Source of the DNA: an uncultured delta proteobacterium
Lineage (GTDB): Bacteria; Desulfobacterota; Desulfobacteria; Desulfobacterales; JAFDCJ01
Length of the DNA stretch: 64,000 nucleotides
Assembly (NCBI GenBank): GCA_963769935.1
Contig: CAVYNY010000008.1
Span: 96,001-160,000, forward strand
Reading direction: 5' to 3'
Under the pieces are notes generated by a model. The model did not search any database and had not been told where the DNA came from. It was given only the letters and a program-made list of their open reading frames with translations. Made by a program: the position numbers and the translations under genes. Positions 50,431 through 61,102 of this stretch are shown piece by piece; positions within the stretch are counted from its first letter, which is position 1; the number at the start of each line of letters is the position of its first letter.

Positions 50431-52263
50431 TTAAAGCTCCAAATTGACATCTGTGAGGCTGATGGCGAATCGTTTAAGGATCAGGTTTTTTTCCCGGCAA
50501 ATTTTTTTTAGCAAGTTAAATTGTTCCGAATCATTCCGCGTAAAGGAGATGATCAGGCAGCCGATATTGTGCTTTTTAACCAATTTTTCAATATCCTTAA
50601 ATGCCCCCAGTATCGGAAACCCCTGGAGCCGTTTGCCCGTCTTCAACAAATCATCATCGATGAACCCGATCGGTTCGATATTTAATTTTGTATTGTTTAA
50701 AATTTCGCGCAACAGCAGCTCGCCGCCGCACCCGGCCCCGTAAATCAGAGCTTTATCGCCGGCCAGAGATTTTCGTTTGATGGTATCGACAAAAAAGCGA
50801 AAAGACCCGCGGGTTCCCAGAAGAAACGCATTTGTCAGCAGCCAATCGATGATAAAAATTCCCTTGGAAAAATCCGTAAAACGGTAAATAAATGTCACGG
50901 CCGCCACCGACAGGATGGACGCCAAGGTTGATGCCTTAACGAAAACGAAAGTGTCACTGGCCCCCATTGAGCCCCAGATGCCTCGGTAAAGGCCCACTGT
51001 AAAATAAGCGACCAGTTTACAAACGATGACCGCCGGTAGAGAATTTAAAAACACTTTGAAATAGTAGGGAAAAACATCGGACGAAAAGCGGAGACGATAG
51101 GAAAGATAATAGGAGAAAGCAATCAGGCCCAGGTCAAGGATTACCTGCAAAATTTGGCGTTTATAGGTCAGTTCGACCAATACGGGCGTGTATGGCTGGT
51201 CGCGCAAAAGTGAAAATTCTTTTTCCGGATAAACCCTTAATTGGGCCAGATAAATTCCCATCAGGATAATGGCCACTCCTACCGGAATAATAGCCGCCGG
51301 CGATGTCAATGAATCACTGCGGCTCACAAATAGGGCGGCAAGCCCGGCAATACCGCCTATGGCATACAAGGACAAGACCGCCTTTTTTTCACTTAAGCCC
51401 ATCAATACCAAGCGATGGGAAGCATGGTCCCGTCCGCCCGAGGAAGCTTTGCGCCTGCTTAACAGGCGGATCAGAGTAACCAGGGTGGTATCAAAAATCG
51501 GGACCATGAGCAGCATGACCGGCACGGCAATATTGGACAACTCGATTGTGGGCTGTATGCCGGAGAAGTAAAGGCTGAGAATGGACAGGCAGAATCCAAT
51601 CGGCAGGCTCCCGCTATCCCCCATAAAAATGGAGGCCGGATTAAAGTTGTAAATTAAAAATGCGGCTAAGGTACCGGCAAGGGCCATGGCCAAGAGGGAC
51701 GCCTGCGGCAGGATCGACCAATATAAAACCACCAGGAACCCCGCCGCGATCAACCCAATGCCGGCGCAGAGTCCATCAATATTATCCAGCAGGTTAAATG
51801 CATTGGTAATCCCCACAATCCAGCCGATGGTTACCATGGTGTCAAGAGTCAGGGAGGTAAACCAATGCAGCCGCAGTCCCAGAAACGCAGCAAACGAGGC
51901 AATGATAATTTGCCCGATCAATTTGGTCTGAGGTTTAATATGGATAAAATCATCCAGCAGACCGAGCATAAATAAAAAAGTGATGCCGATCCACAAAACG
52001 GCGGCCGGTGAAGGAAGCTGCACGGCGCCGTCCGATCTGAAAAAATGCGTCAGAATGGTGGAAAAATCCGCCGTAAAAAAAGACGCACTCGCAAGGCCGA
52101 GGTAAATAGCGATACCGCCCAGCAGGGCGGTCGGTTGCTTGTGCCATCTTTGTTCCGAGGGCAGATCGATCCAGCCCTTTTTCAGCGCAACAAACCGAAC
52201 AAGCGGGGTGGCAATAAGACACACTACAAATGATAGCAAGGGAATGAAGAAAGTCATTACCAA
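50431..52263 (-). CDS. WecA/MraY-family polyprenyl-phosphate HexNAc-1-P transferase fused to a CoA-binding/Rossmann-like domain
   Basis: GLLDD, NAFNLLDNIDGL, YNFNPASIFMGDSGS, DHASHRL; then IYGAG..G, GFIDDD. Confidence 0.88.
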   Translation of the reverse strand: MVMTFFIPLLSFVVCLIATPLVRFVALKKGWIDLPSEQRWHKQPTALLGGIAIYLGLASASFFTADFSTILTHFFRSDGAVQLPSPAAVLWIGITFLFMLGLLDDFIHIKPQTKLIGQIIIASFAAFLGLRLHWFTSLTLDTMVTIGWIVGITNAFNLLDNIDGLCAGIGLIAAGFLVVLYWSILPQASLLAMALAGTLAAFLIYNFNPASIFMGDSGSLPIGFCLSILSLYFSGIQPTIELSNIAVPVMLLMVPIFDTTLVTLIRLLSRRKASSGGRDHASHRLVLMGLSEKKAVLSLYAIGGIAGLAALFVSRSDSLTSPAAIIPVGVAIILMGIYLAQLRVYPEKEFSLLRDQPYTPVLVELTYKRQILQVILDLGLIAFSYYLSYRLRFSSDVFPYYFKVFLNSLPAVIVCKLVAYFTVGLYRGIWGSMGASDTFVFVKASTLASILSVAAVTFIYRFTDFSKGIFIIDWLLTNAFLLGTRGSFRFFVDTIKRKSLAGDKALIYGAGCGGELLLREILNNTKLNIEPIGFIDDDLLKTGKRLQGFPILGAFKDIEKLVKKHNIGCLIISFTRNDSEQFNLLKKICREKNLILKRFAISLTDVNLEL

Positions 52264-52350
52264 AGAATTATGGCATTTTGAATTTGGTGTTTTTGGATAT
52301 TAAAAAGGAATGGATTCGTTTATTGTTTTTCCTATTAAAATAGAATCCAT

Positions 52351-53328
52351 TCATCTTCCCATTTTCATGAAGGCAATAATTTCGTTGAGGATACCATCAA
52401 GATTGCCATTGGGGTTGAAGCCAATGAGCTGTCGCACTTTGTCGATGCTCGGGACGCGACGCAGCATGTCCTCAAAATTCTCTTCATAAGCTTTTTCATA
52501 AGGTATCAGATCGATCTCGGAAGATGATTCCGTCAGGGATATAATTTTCCCGGCCAGGTCCAGAATCGATATCTCTTCCGTGCCGCCGATATTAAACACC
52601 TGCCCGAACGCTTCTTCCTTTTCCACCAATCCCATGAAGGCCTGAACAACATCTTTGACGCCGGTAAACGTCCGGGTTTGCAAGCCGTCCCCATAAACCG
52701 TCAAGGGATCATTGTTCAGGGCCTGGGCAATAAATCTGGGCACCACCATCCCGTAAGCTCCGGTTTGCCGGGGTCCGATGGTGTTAAACAAGCGCGCTAT
52801 GGCAACCTTAAGATTTTTGGTTCGATAGTAGGCCAGCGCAGTGAACTCATCCATGAGTTTGGAGGCGGCATAGCTCCATCTGGATTTGCTGGAGGGCCCA
52901 TACACGATGTTATCCGTCTCGACCAGCGGGGCGTGGGTGTGTTTGCCGTATACCTCCGATGAGGAGGCGATGAGCACCTTTTTTTTGAATTTAGCGCACA
53001 GTTCGAGAACCTTCTCAGTTCCCTGGATATTTATTTTAATCGATTCGAGCGGGTTGTCCAGAATGTATCTCACGCCCACGGCCGCGGCCAGATGAAAAAC
53101 GACATCGCAAATGCCGATTAATTCCAACATGGTTTCATGATGGAGGATGCTGTCAATGTGGACAAAGACGCTGTTGCTGAAACGGTCGTCTTTTTGGAGG
53201 AATTCGATATTTTCCATAGAGCCGGTTGTAAGATCGTCGACGATGTAGACTTCATCGCCCTTCTCCAGATAGGCTTCAGCCAGATGAGATCCGATAAATC
53301 CGGCCCCGCCGGTGATAAGAACTCGCAT
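52351..53328 (-). CDS. NDP-sugar epimerase/dehydratase (extended SDR)
   Basis: GGAGFIGSHL, SSSEVYG, YAASK, RLFNTIGPRQ. Confidence 0.93.
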   Translation of the reverse strand: MRVLITGGAGFIGSHLAEAYLEKGDEVYIVDDLTTGSMENIEFLQKDDRFSNSVFVHIDSILHHETMLELIGICDVVFHLAAAVGVRYILDNPLESIKINIQGTEKVLELCAKFKKKVLIASSSEVYGKHTHAPLVETDNIVYGPSSKSRWSYAASKLMDEFTALAYYRTKNLKVAIARLFNTIGPRQTGAYGMVVPRFIAQALNNDPLTVYGDGLQTRTFTGVKDVVQAFMGLVEKEEAFGQVFNIGGTEEISILDLAGKIISLTESSSEIDLIPYEKAYEENFEDMLRRVPSIDKVRQLIGFNPNGNLDGILNEIIAFMKMGR

Positions 53329-53570
53329 ATATGCTCCTTTACGGGCATTAAGCTAAATTATAAAATACCCAAAGATTAAATCTGTTCTCGGAGAAATGCC
53401 ACTAAGACTCGAAGTCACAAAGAAAGACTTTTGCTTGAATATTCCTTTTTTATCTCCCTCCTTCAATCCCGACAAGGGGGGAATGTAGGATCTCCTCCCC
53501 CTCGACGGGGGAGGCTGGGTGGACGTGAATTAAATGAATAATGATTTTGTTTCCTGCAAGGCATGTGCTC

Positions 53571-53668
53571 TTTGTTCGAATCGTAACACCAGCCAACGCT
53601 CTATCGGCTGGTGTACCCGATTCGAACAAAAACCCTTCGCGCTCTTCGCGCCTTCGCGGTTCAATCTT
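53571..53668 (+). repeat. ~100-bp structured repeat, copy 1 (copy 2 at 62912-63009)
   Basis: TTTGTTCGAATCG..CAGCC..GGCTG..CGATTCGAACAAA hairpin followed by CTTCGCGnn arms. Confidence 0.85.
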
Positions 53669-53708
53669 ATTATACCAACAACCCACAAACCACAACCGAC
53701 AAGCACAT

Positions 53709-54398
53709 TTAACGAAAGATATTGTATTTCAAAATGGAATAGATGGCCCGCAAACCGTCCCGCCACCCAATCTTCTTGCCCTCCGCATACGTCCGGCCGT
53801 AGTAAGAGATGCCGACCTCATAAATGCGCCAGCCGCCTTTGGCGACCTTGGCTGTAATCTCCGGTTCAAAACCAAATCGATTTTCTTCAATCGTTATGGA
53901 TTGAATCACCTCGCGCCGAAACATTTTGTAGCAGGTTTCCATATCGGTCAGGTTAATATTGGTGAGCATGTTCGAAACCAGCGTGAGAAAGCGATTGCCC
54001 ACCATGTGCCAGAAGTAAACCACCCGGTGCGGGTTGCCGCCCAAAAATCGGGAGCCGAAAACCACATCGGCATTACCGGAGATGATGGGGTCCATCAAAT
54101 TGGGATACTCCCGGGGGTTATACTCCAGATCCGCATCCTGGACAACGACGATATCCCCGGTTGCCTCTTTGAAACCGGATCTGAGCGCCGCCCCCTTCCC
54201 CATATTCCTGGGATGATAGATCACCCTGGTCACAATCGGCTCGATTTCTTTTTGGATGAGCTCTTTGCCCCCATCCGTTGAGGCATCATCAACGATAATG
54301 ATTTCTACTTCATCAACCGATGCGGTTTTAACTTTACCCACGATTTCTTTAATCGTTTCGCGTTCATTAAAGCATGGTATGACCACAGATAATTTCAT
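53709..54398 (-). CDS. GT2 glycosyltransferase (DPM1-like)
   Basis: [43 protein letters not shown]. Confidence 0.93.
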   Translation of the reverse strand: MKLSVVIPCFNERETIKEIVGKVKTASVDEVEIIIVDDASTDGGKELIQKEIEPIVTRVIYHPRNMGKGAALRSGFKEATGDIVVVQDADLEYNPREYPNLMDPIISGNADVVFGSRFLGGNPHRVVYFWHMVGNRFLTLVSNMLTNINLTDMETCYKMFRREVIQSITIEENRFGFEPEITAKVAKGGWRIYEVGISYYGRTYAEGKKIGWRDGLRAIYSILKYNIFR

Positions 54399-54712
54399 CT
54401 TCCCAACAACTCGCCGTATAACATTTTAATATCGTTTATTAGCCTTTTCTGATCATAATTAGTCAGCACGAATTTCCTGGCTTTTTCAATCATGGGCTGC
54501 AGAGCAGCTGGGTTTTCCGACAAATACATAAATGCCTGCGCCATGGCTTTAGCATCTCCTGTTTCAACCATCAACCCTCTTTCAGCTATCAAAAAACCTT
54601 CGGGCCTTTTTTCTTTGACGCCGCCCAGCAAATCCGTCACACCACCGACTGCAGTTGCAACCACCGGTCGGCAAGATGCCATCGCTTCAATCAGAGCCAC
54701 CGGGGTTCCTTC
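54100..54712. repeat. 613-bp direct repeat, copy A (GT4 3' end + GT2 5' half)
   Basis: Matches 55818-56430 at a constant offset of 1718; I found 3 substitutions. Confidence 0.92.
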
Positions 54713-54749
54713 CTTATTGGAATCGCTCAATTTAGGATTAAATTGTGTC

Positions 54750-54780
54750 TTGACAAAATGTAGCTGATTAATTACATTTT
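54750..54780 (+). promoter_or_regulatory. TA promoter with overlapping operator palindrome
   Basis: TTGACA-N17-TACATT; AAAATGTA..TACATTTT inverted repeat; ATG 7 nt after the -10. Confidence 0.65.
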
Positions 54781-54785
54781 GTTAC

Positions 54786-55256
54786 ATGAAGCTTTTGATG
54801 GATGCAGATTGCCTCATTAAGCTTACCAAAGCCGGGTTGAAGGAACTGGTAGTGATTAAATCCAGAGTATTTATCCCGGAAGCGGTAAAAAGAGAAGTTG
54901 TTGATGCAGGTAAAAGGAAAGCCTGTGCTGACGCATTTGCAGTGGAACAAAATATTGAATCTAAACTTATTGCCGTTATTGATGTGCCTGTGAAGGCCGA
55001 AAAAGGAGATCAGGCATTAATTGTTGAATACTGGAATAAAGATTATGATGCCATTGCTACTGATGATGCAAGATTATCTCGACATCTTAAAGCGTTGAAT
55101 ATACCCTTCATTTTACCAGGTCTCATTCTCTACCGGCTCCTGAAAGATAGAAAAACAGACTATAAAACGACTCTTTGGGCGCTGTACCAACTATCTGAAT
55201 TCATCAGTGAAGATGAATTCGCCACGGTAAGATTATTAATGGAGAAAGAGAAATGA
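54786..55256 (+). CDS. PIN-domain (DUF3368-like) toxin
   Basis: LLMDADCLI, VFIPEAVKREV, KGD, IATDD acidic PIN pattern. Confidence 0.8.
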   Translation: MKLLMDADCLIKLTKAGLKELVVIKSRVFIPEAVKREVVDAGKRKACADAFAVEQNIESKLIAVIDVPVKAEKGDQALIVEYWNKDYDAIATDDARLSRHLKALNIPFILPGLILYRLLKDRKTDYKTTLWALYQLSEFISEDEFATVRLLMEKEK

Positions 55257-55558
55257 AAGTAAAATCTATGAGAATTCCTGAGGACATTGATCAGGCTATC
55301 GATTACGTATCGAAGCTGGAAAAAATAGAAAAAGCCCAGTCGCTTCGAAAACTGGCCCGACTTGGATTTGAATATTATGTTGCTAAAAATTATCGGGAAG
55401 GTCGCATTACCCTTCGGAACACTTCGGATTTATTGAATTTAAATCTCTCCGAAACTGTTGACCTTCTTTTAGAGATGGGAGTTAAAGGAAATATTCGGGC
55501 TAGCGATGTATATGCCAGCCTAAATTCAATTGCACCGTTGGATAAAACCAACGTTTGA
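55253..55558 (+). CDS. UPF0175-type antitoxin
   Basis: SMRIPEDI RHH-like start; YREGRITL..LL..GV; ATGA overlap with the PIN gene. Confidence 0.8.
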   Translation: MKVKSMRIPEDIDQAIDYVSKLEKIEKAQSLRKLARLGFEYYVAKNYREGRITLRNTSDLLNLNLSETVDLLLEMGVKGNIRASDVYASLNSIAPLDKTNV

Positions 55559-55817
55559 GCATAAAAATAGCTCATGACAAAAACAAACCTCATAAATTTT
55601 TTCAAGCAAACCCGGTCATAGTGCCTTATGTACCGCAAACACAGCATCTACAATTTTCGCAGAGATAGATTCCTCTCTTTTTGACAAGAGTTTAAACTTC
55701 ATATTCATTCTTCGTGTCTCCGTGTTTTAGTGGCTGATCTCTTACGGTCTATAAACGTGAAATGTATCGGCGTTACGAGGAATTAAAAATCAAAACCTTT
55801 GGCAAAATAGACTCCGG

Positions 55818-56430
55818 TTGGGATACTCCCGGGGATCATACTCCAGATCCGCATCCTGGACAACGACGATATCCCCGGTTGCCTCTTTGAAACCGGATCT
55901 GAGCGCCGCCCCCTTCCCCATATTCCTGGGATGATAGATCACCCTGGTCACAATCGGCTCGATTTCTTTTTGGATGAGCTCTTTGCCCCCATCCGTTGAG
56001 GCATCATCAACGATAATGATTTCTACTTCATCAACCGATGCGGTTTTAACTTTACCCACGATTTCTTTAATCGTTTCGCGTTCATTAAAGCATGGTATGA
56101 CCACAGATAATTTCATCTTCCCAACAACTCGCCGTATAACATTTTAATATCGTTTATTAGCCTTTTCTGATCATAATTAGTCAGCACGAATTTCCTGGCT
56201 TTTTCAATCATGGGCTGCAGAGCAGCTGGGTTTTCCGACAAATACATAAATGCCTGCGCCATGGCTTTAGCATCTCCTGTTTCAACCATCAACCCTCTTT
56301 CAGCTATCAAAAAACCTTCGGGCCTTTTTTCTTTGACGCCGCCCAGCAAATCCGTCACACCACCGACTGCAGTTGCAACCACCGGTCGGCAAGATGCCAT
56401 CGCTTCAATCAGGGCCACCGGGGTTCCTTC
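55818..56430. repeat. 613-bp direct repeat, copy B (contains the truncated GT2 5' half, ORF 55790..56116)
   Basis: See copy A; this GT2 copy breaks off after DLEYDPREYPN. Confidence 0.92.
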
Positions 56431-57343
56431 ATTTTTAGAGGTCAGCGCAACCACATCCAGTTCTGCGTAAATGGACGGCATATCTGTCTGCCAACCCTTA
56501 AACTCAACAGCTTTCATCAGGTTTAATTCAATGGCCCTTTCAGCGAAGGCTTCTCTCAGTTCACCATCCCCGACAATGAAAAATTTAAAATTATCAATTT
56601 TGCCTGAAAGCCTTAAACATTTTATAGCCTCGAGCAGCATAAAATGGTTTTTCACAGCGGTGAACCGTCCGATAATCCCGATTCTTAATGGTTCGGGATT
56701 TTTCCCATTCTCGCTCTTTTGCCGTAATTGTCTCGGTGTATCATCAAATTTGGCGAATTTGGACAGATCGAATCCCAACGGAATAATTCGCACCTTTTCC
56801 TGATCGGCTATCCTGTAGGTAAGACAAATATCTTTTTTTTGCTGCTCGCTGATAACGATGATTCTATCAGTTAGTCGGCCGAGCATTTTTTCAACCTGGA
56901 TAAACACAAAACTCTTCAGCGGATTGAAATAACTGTGAAAGGTATGCCCGTGAAAGGTATGCACCATGCGAACCTTTTTTGACGAGGCAAGCGGCTTCCT
57001 TAAGCTTAAAACCGCCAATCGTCCAATGGTTCCGGCTTTGGCGGTATGCGTATGGAGAATGTCCGGCTGGAAACGTTTAATTATTTTTCGAATGCTTAAA
57101 AAGGATTTTAGATCACTCCCACAGGGATATATCGCGTCCGAACTCTTTAATCACCAACGGCTCAACCTTTTTTTCATCGGCAAGGTAGGCCATATCGCCT
57201 TCCCCGGGACTTAAACTGCCGCAAACCAGCAGGGTTTGGTAGTGATTGCCTGAGAGTTCTTTGCTCAAATTGACAGCCTGAATGGCCGGCCCGCCGATAT
57301 TCAGCCGTGCAATAAGACGAAGAATTTTGATGGGTTTGTCCAT
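56113..57343 (-). CDS. GT4 glycosyltransferase (frameshift near 57120)
   Basis: IARLNIGGPA N-terminus (57113..57343) plus HTFHGH, KNH, SKNEGTPVALIEAMA. Confidence 0.88.
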
Positions 57344-57407
57344 ATGGATTGCTCTAAAGGGCGGGACATATTGCAGGTTGTCTGTTGCGGGTCGTAAAGG
57401 ATGTCAT

Positions 57408-57520
57408 TTGCATTTTATGGCAGAATATTTTTGCCACCAAGGCACAAAGGATTAATCAAACAAAAATCTTTCTTCGTGTCTTTGAGTCTTTGTGGCAACT
57501 TTCCGGTTTATCCGGGTTAG
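57408..57520 (-). mobile_element. Miniature element ending TCCGGTTTATCCGGGTTAGG, next to the asnB stop
   Basis: Reverse complement of 50161-50283; related ends or arms at 45866-45886, 53397-53445 and 55708-55740. Confidence 0.75.
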
Positions 57521-57523
57521 GTT

Positions 57524-59465
57524 CTAAGAATCCAACCACCTCTCCCGCCACATTTCCCACATCAACAATGACCAAAGTCGGTATTGGTGGTTGGTCCGGC
57601 CCGAGAGATGCTCGTTTATTTTCTGCTCGACATTTTTGGTGTTGAAAAGCCCCTCTTTTTGCAGCCGGTCGGTGGACAGATAATCCATAAGCAGGGGTTT
57701 CAATTCGGAGCGAAACCATTGGTCGACGGGAATGCCAAAGCCCATTTTCGGCCGCTCAAATAAATCCGGGGGCACATACTTGGCCAGCAGTTTTCTAAGC
57801 AGATACTTGCCGGTTCCATGCCGGAATTTTAAATTTTCAGGCAGCCCGGCTGTGAATTCAACCACCCGATGATCCAACAGGGGCACCCGCACTTCTAAAG
57901 AGGCGGCCATGCTGGCCCGATCCACCTTGGTCAGCATGGCATCCGGCAGATAGGTCTGCTGGTCGACCCGCATCAGACGCGCCAGCAGCGGCCAGTCGAC
58001 GGTCTGTCTGAAACTCTCCTCATATCGGCTTTCCGGCAGCGGGAGAGTCAAGAGGCCGGCAATCTCGTCTGCCGACCACAGACAAATGGTCATACGATAA
58101 AGTTCGGAAACCTCCGTCCGGCTCAGCAGTTTGATCAGCTTTTGCCATTTATCATGAAAATTGGCAACTCTTAAACTTTGCGGCAGGAAGCGCTGCAAGG
58201 GACGGTAACATTTTTCAGCCCATGAAGATGGAACGGAATCCAAAGCCAGGGACAGAACTTTTCTGAAGGTCTCGGGAAAACGGGTAAATCCGGTTGCCAT
58301 GGCCTTGGTGCTCCAGTAGCGCACATAGCCGGCAAACTGTTCGTCGCCGCCGTCACCCGAAAGCGCAACCGTAACATTTTGGCGGGTCAGGTGGCTGACC
58401 AGATAAGTTGGAATGGCCGAGGAGTCGGCAAAGGGCTCATCATAAAAATCCGGCAGATGGGGAATGACATCAAGGGCATCTTTAACGCTGACATATAGCT
58501 CAGTGTGTTTCGTTTTCAGATGTTTCGCTATTTTTGCAGCCCAGGGTGCCTCATTATAGCCCTGCTCTTCAAAACCTATACTGAAGGTTCTGGCCGGCGT
58601 TGAGCTGACCTTTTGCATCAAGGCCACCACCACCGAAGAGTCGATTCCTCCGCTGAGCAGAGCGCCCAGAGGTACATCGCTGATCAAACGATCGGATACG
58701 GCCCGGGTCAGCAGATCATCCAATTGTTGCAGATAATCTTCCTCGGAGGAACCGGACCCGTTTTCAGCGTGCGGTGCTCCGGGCAATTGCCAGTACGGCT
58801 GAATTTGAGCAATGCCGTCGCTGTAAATCAGATAATGGCCGGGCGGCAGTTTGAATGTATTTTTAAATATTGTGCCCGGGGTCGGAACATACTGATAGTG
58901 CAAAAACAATGGGATGGCTTCCGGATCGAGATCCTTGAATCGGCTTCCGAAAGCCATGATAGCCTTGAGTTCGGAGGCGAAAATCAGGGTGCGCTGATCT
59001 TGACTGAGGTGATAATACAGCGGTTTGATGCCAAGCCGATCCCTGGCTAAAAACAATGTGCGGTTGCGACCGTCCCAGATCGCAAAAGCAAACATGCCGA
59101 TGAACCTTTGCAGGCAGTCCGCCCCCCACTGCAGGTAGGCTTTTAGGAGGACTTCCGTGTCACTCGTACTGGTGAACCTTTGGCCGCAATCCATAAGGGT
59201 TTTGCGGATTGCCATGAAATTATAAATTTCGCCGTTGTAGGAAACGTGAAGCTTTCCATCGGCGGCTGCCATGGGTTGATGTCCGGCACTGGAAAGATCG
59301 ATGATCGACAGGCGGCGATGCGCCAGACCGACGCCGGAAGTTTCATCCAAAAACATGCCGCAATCGTCCGGTCCGCGGTGCGCAAGGCTCTTGGAAGCTG
59401 CAGGCAGAGAATTCCTTCAGGTCTTGAAATTGATTACTTGATTTAAAGCCGACGATACCGCACAT
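57524..59465 (-). CDS. asnB: Asparagine synthase (glutamine-hydrolysing)-type amidotransferase of the polysaccharide locus; frameshift near 59410
   Basis: MCGIVG start at 59465, HRGPD, HRRLSIIDLS, NGEIYN, RDRLGIKPLYY, LSGGIDSS, SGDGGDE, KVDRASMA. Confidence 0.92.
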
Positions 59466-59595
59466 AACCAGGTTGTGTGTTGGTTGTGTTGTTTGTTGTT
59501 AGTGGTTTGTGGTTAAATATGAATAGTTTTAGCTTTAGTCCAACCGTCTTTGGGGCCGGCGGCATGGCTTGTATGAAACTTCAATGAAGGTATGT

Positions 59596-59853
59596 GGAAT
59601 GGATTCGATTTTTATTTTTATTTAGACAGGATTTACCGGATAATCAGGAATTTTTCCGCCTGCGGCGAGGGGCCTTTCGGCCGAAGGCCGCATTATCCTA
59701 ACGATCCTGTTGACCTGCCCGCTCGTGCCTATCCGCATTATTTTGTATGCCTGAGATACAAGCCTGTCAAGCGGGTTGAACTTGGTATTGAGCAAAGTCT
59801 CGCCTGGCAGGCGGGTCCTGTCCAATTATTTCTTTGAAATAAGAATCCATTCC
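59596..59853. mobile_element. Element bounded by GGAATGGATTC...GAATCCATTCC with nested sub-elements
   Basis: 11-bp terminal inverted repeats; internal GACAGGATT/ATCCTGT arms and a CCTGCC..GGCAGG insert; a 46-bp minimal form lies at 52307-52352. Confidence 0.7.
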
Positions 59854-59863
59854 TCAGTTTCTT

Positions 59864-61102
59864 TTATTGATCAAATCGGCCGTTTTTTTGGCCAGCGGCC
59901 GCGCTGAACCCTGCACGCTGAACCCCCTGATGCTCGTAAAGCTTTATGTACTCGGCAACCATTTTTTGACAGGAAAAGTTTTGCTCCACGCGACGCCTTC
60001 CGGCTGTCCCCCATCTTTCAGCCTTTGCCGGATCTTGGAGCAGATCCATAATTTTGATCGCCAGTTCTTTCGGATTGGCGGGTGCCACCAGCCACCCGGT
60101 TTCACCATCCAATACCGCTTCCGGATTTCCACCCACCCGGGTGGCGACAACCGGCAAACCGGCAGCCATCGATTCCAGGATTACATTTGAAAATCCCTCC
60201 TCATGCGATGGCAATACGGAGATATCACTGGCGGCCATTAGATTCGGGATGTCCTTTCTCTGGCCTAAAAACATGATATGGCCGTCGATCCCCAGCTTGC
60301 GAGCCTCTTGCTCAAGGCTTTTTTGGATACCGCGATCCTCGCCGACCAGAAGGAAAATACTTTTTGAAAATTGTCCAACAACAATGGCTGCGGCCTTGAG
60401 CAGATCGGCGTGGCCTTTGTATGGGATAAGGTTGGCTACGGTTATGATGACATTTTTTTCAGAATCCAAATGCAGTGCGGCGCGGCATTCTTTTTTACTG
60501 CCGATTCCAGCGGCGAACTCCTTCAGATCAAGACCATTGTAAATCAATCGAATTTTAGCAGGATTGCACTTATCCCGCTTGATGGTATCTTCACCCACTG
60601 CTTTTGAATTGACAGTTATCCAGTGACTGAACCGGGAAGACACCATGTCAAAAAGGCGCCAACCCCGGTTTCGATCCTGGTGGGTCCCCAGGGCTCGCTT
60701 GCTGGTGATAATGCCGGGAACATTTACCATTCGACCGGCAAAAGACCCCATAAAATTAGTCAAAGGCAAATATGAATGAATAATATCCGGCCGTAGGTTT
60801 CGAACGAGCCTCAGAATTCGAAATTGGGCCCGGATTAACAACAATATTTTTAAAATCCATCTTTTTTTTGAACAGTAGCCTCCGCTGTGGACCGTTAAAG
60901 GGAAAGTTTTTAAATAATCCTTCAAAGGTCCGCTGGGTTCTAGAACAAACAAATGGCAGCTATAATTCAACTGCCCGAGATGCTTGATCAGCAGGGCCAG
61001 CTGCTTTTCCGCTCCCCCGATGGCTAAGGATCCAATCGCAAACAAAATAGTGGGTTTAGTAGGGCGCTCATGACCGCGTTTTGCAGACATTGTTAGGATC
61101 AA
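59864..61102 (-). CDS. GT4 glycosyltransferase
   Basis: GGAEKQ, IYNG, VANLIPYKGH, PSHEEGFSNVILESMAAGLPVVAT. Confidence 0.92.
   Translation of the reverse strand: MILTMSAKRGHERPTKPTILFAIGSLAIGGAEKQLALLIKHLGQLNYSCHLFVLEPSGPLKDYLKTFPLTVHSGGYCSKKRWILKILLLIRAQFRILRLVRNLRPDIIHSYLPLTNFMGSFAGRMVNVPGIITSKRALGTHQDRNRGWRLFDMVSSRFSHWITVNSKAVGEDTIKRDKCNPAKIRLIYNGLDLKEFAAGIGSKKECRAALHLDSEKNVIITVANLIPYKGHADLLKAAAIVVGQFSKSIFLLVGEDRGIQKSLEQEARKLGIDGHIMFLGQRKDIPNLMAASDISVLPSHEEGFSNVILESMAAGLPVVATRVGGNPEAVLDGETGWLVAPANPKELAIKIMDLLQDPAKAERWGTAGRRRVEQNFSCQKMVAEYIKLYEHQGVQRAGFSAAAGQKNGRFDQ

Noticed and set aside
54395..54730. Independent small GT4 gene
   Set aside because: It is the duplicated 3' fragment of the GT4 at 56113..57343 and lacks the N-terminal domain.
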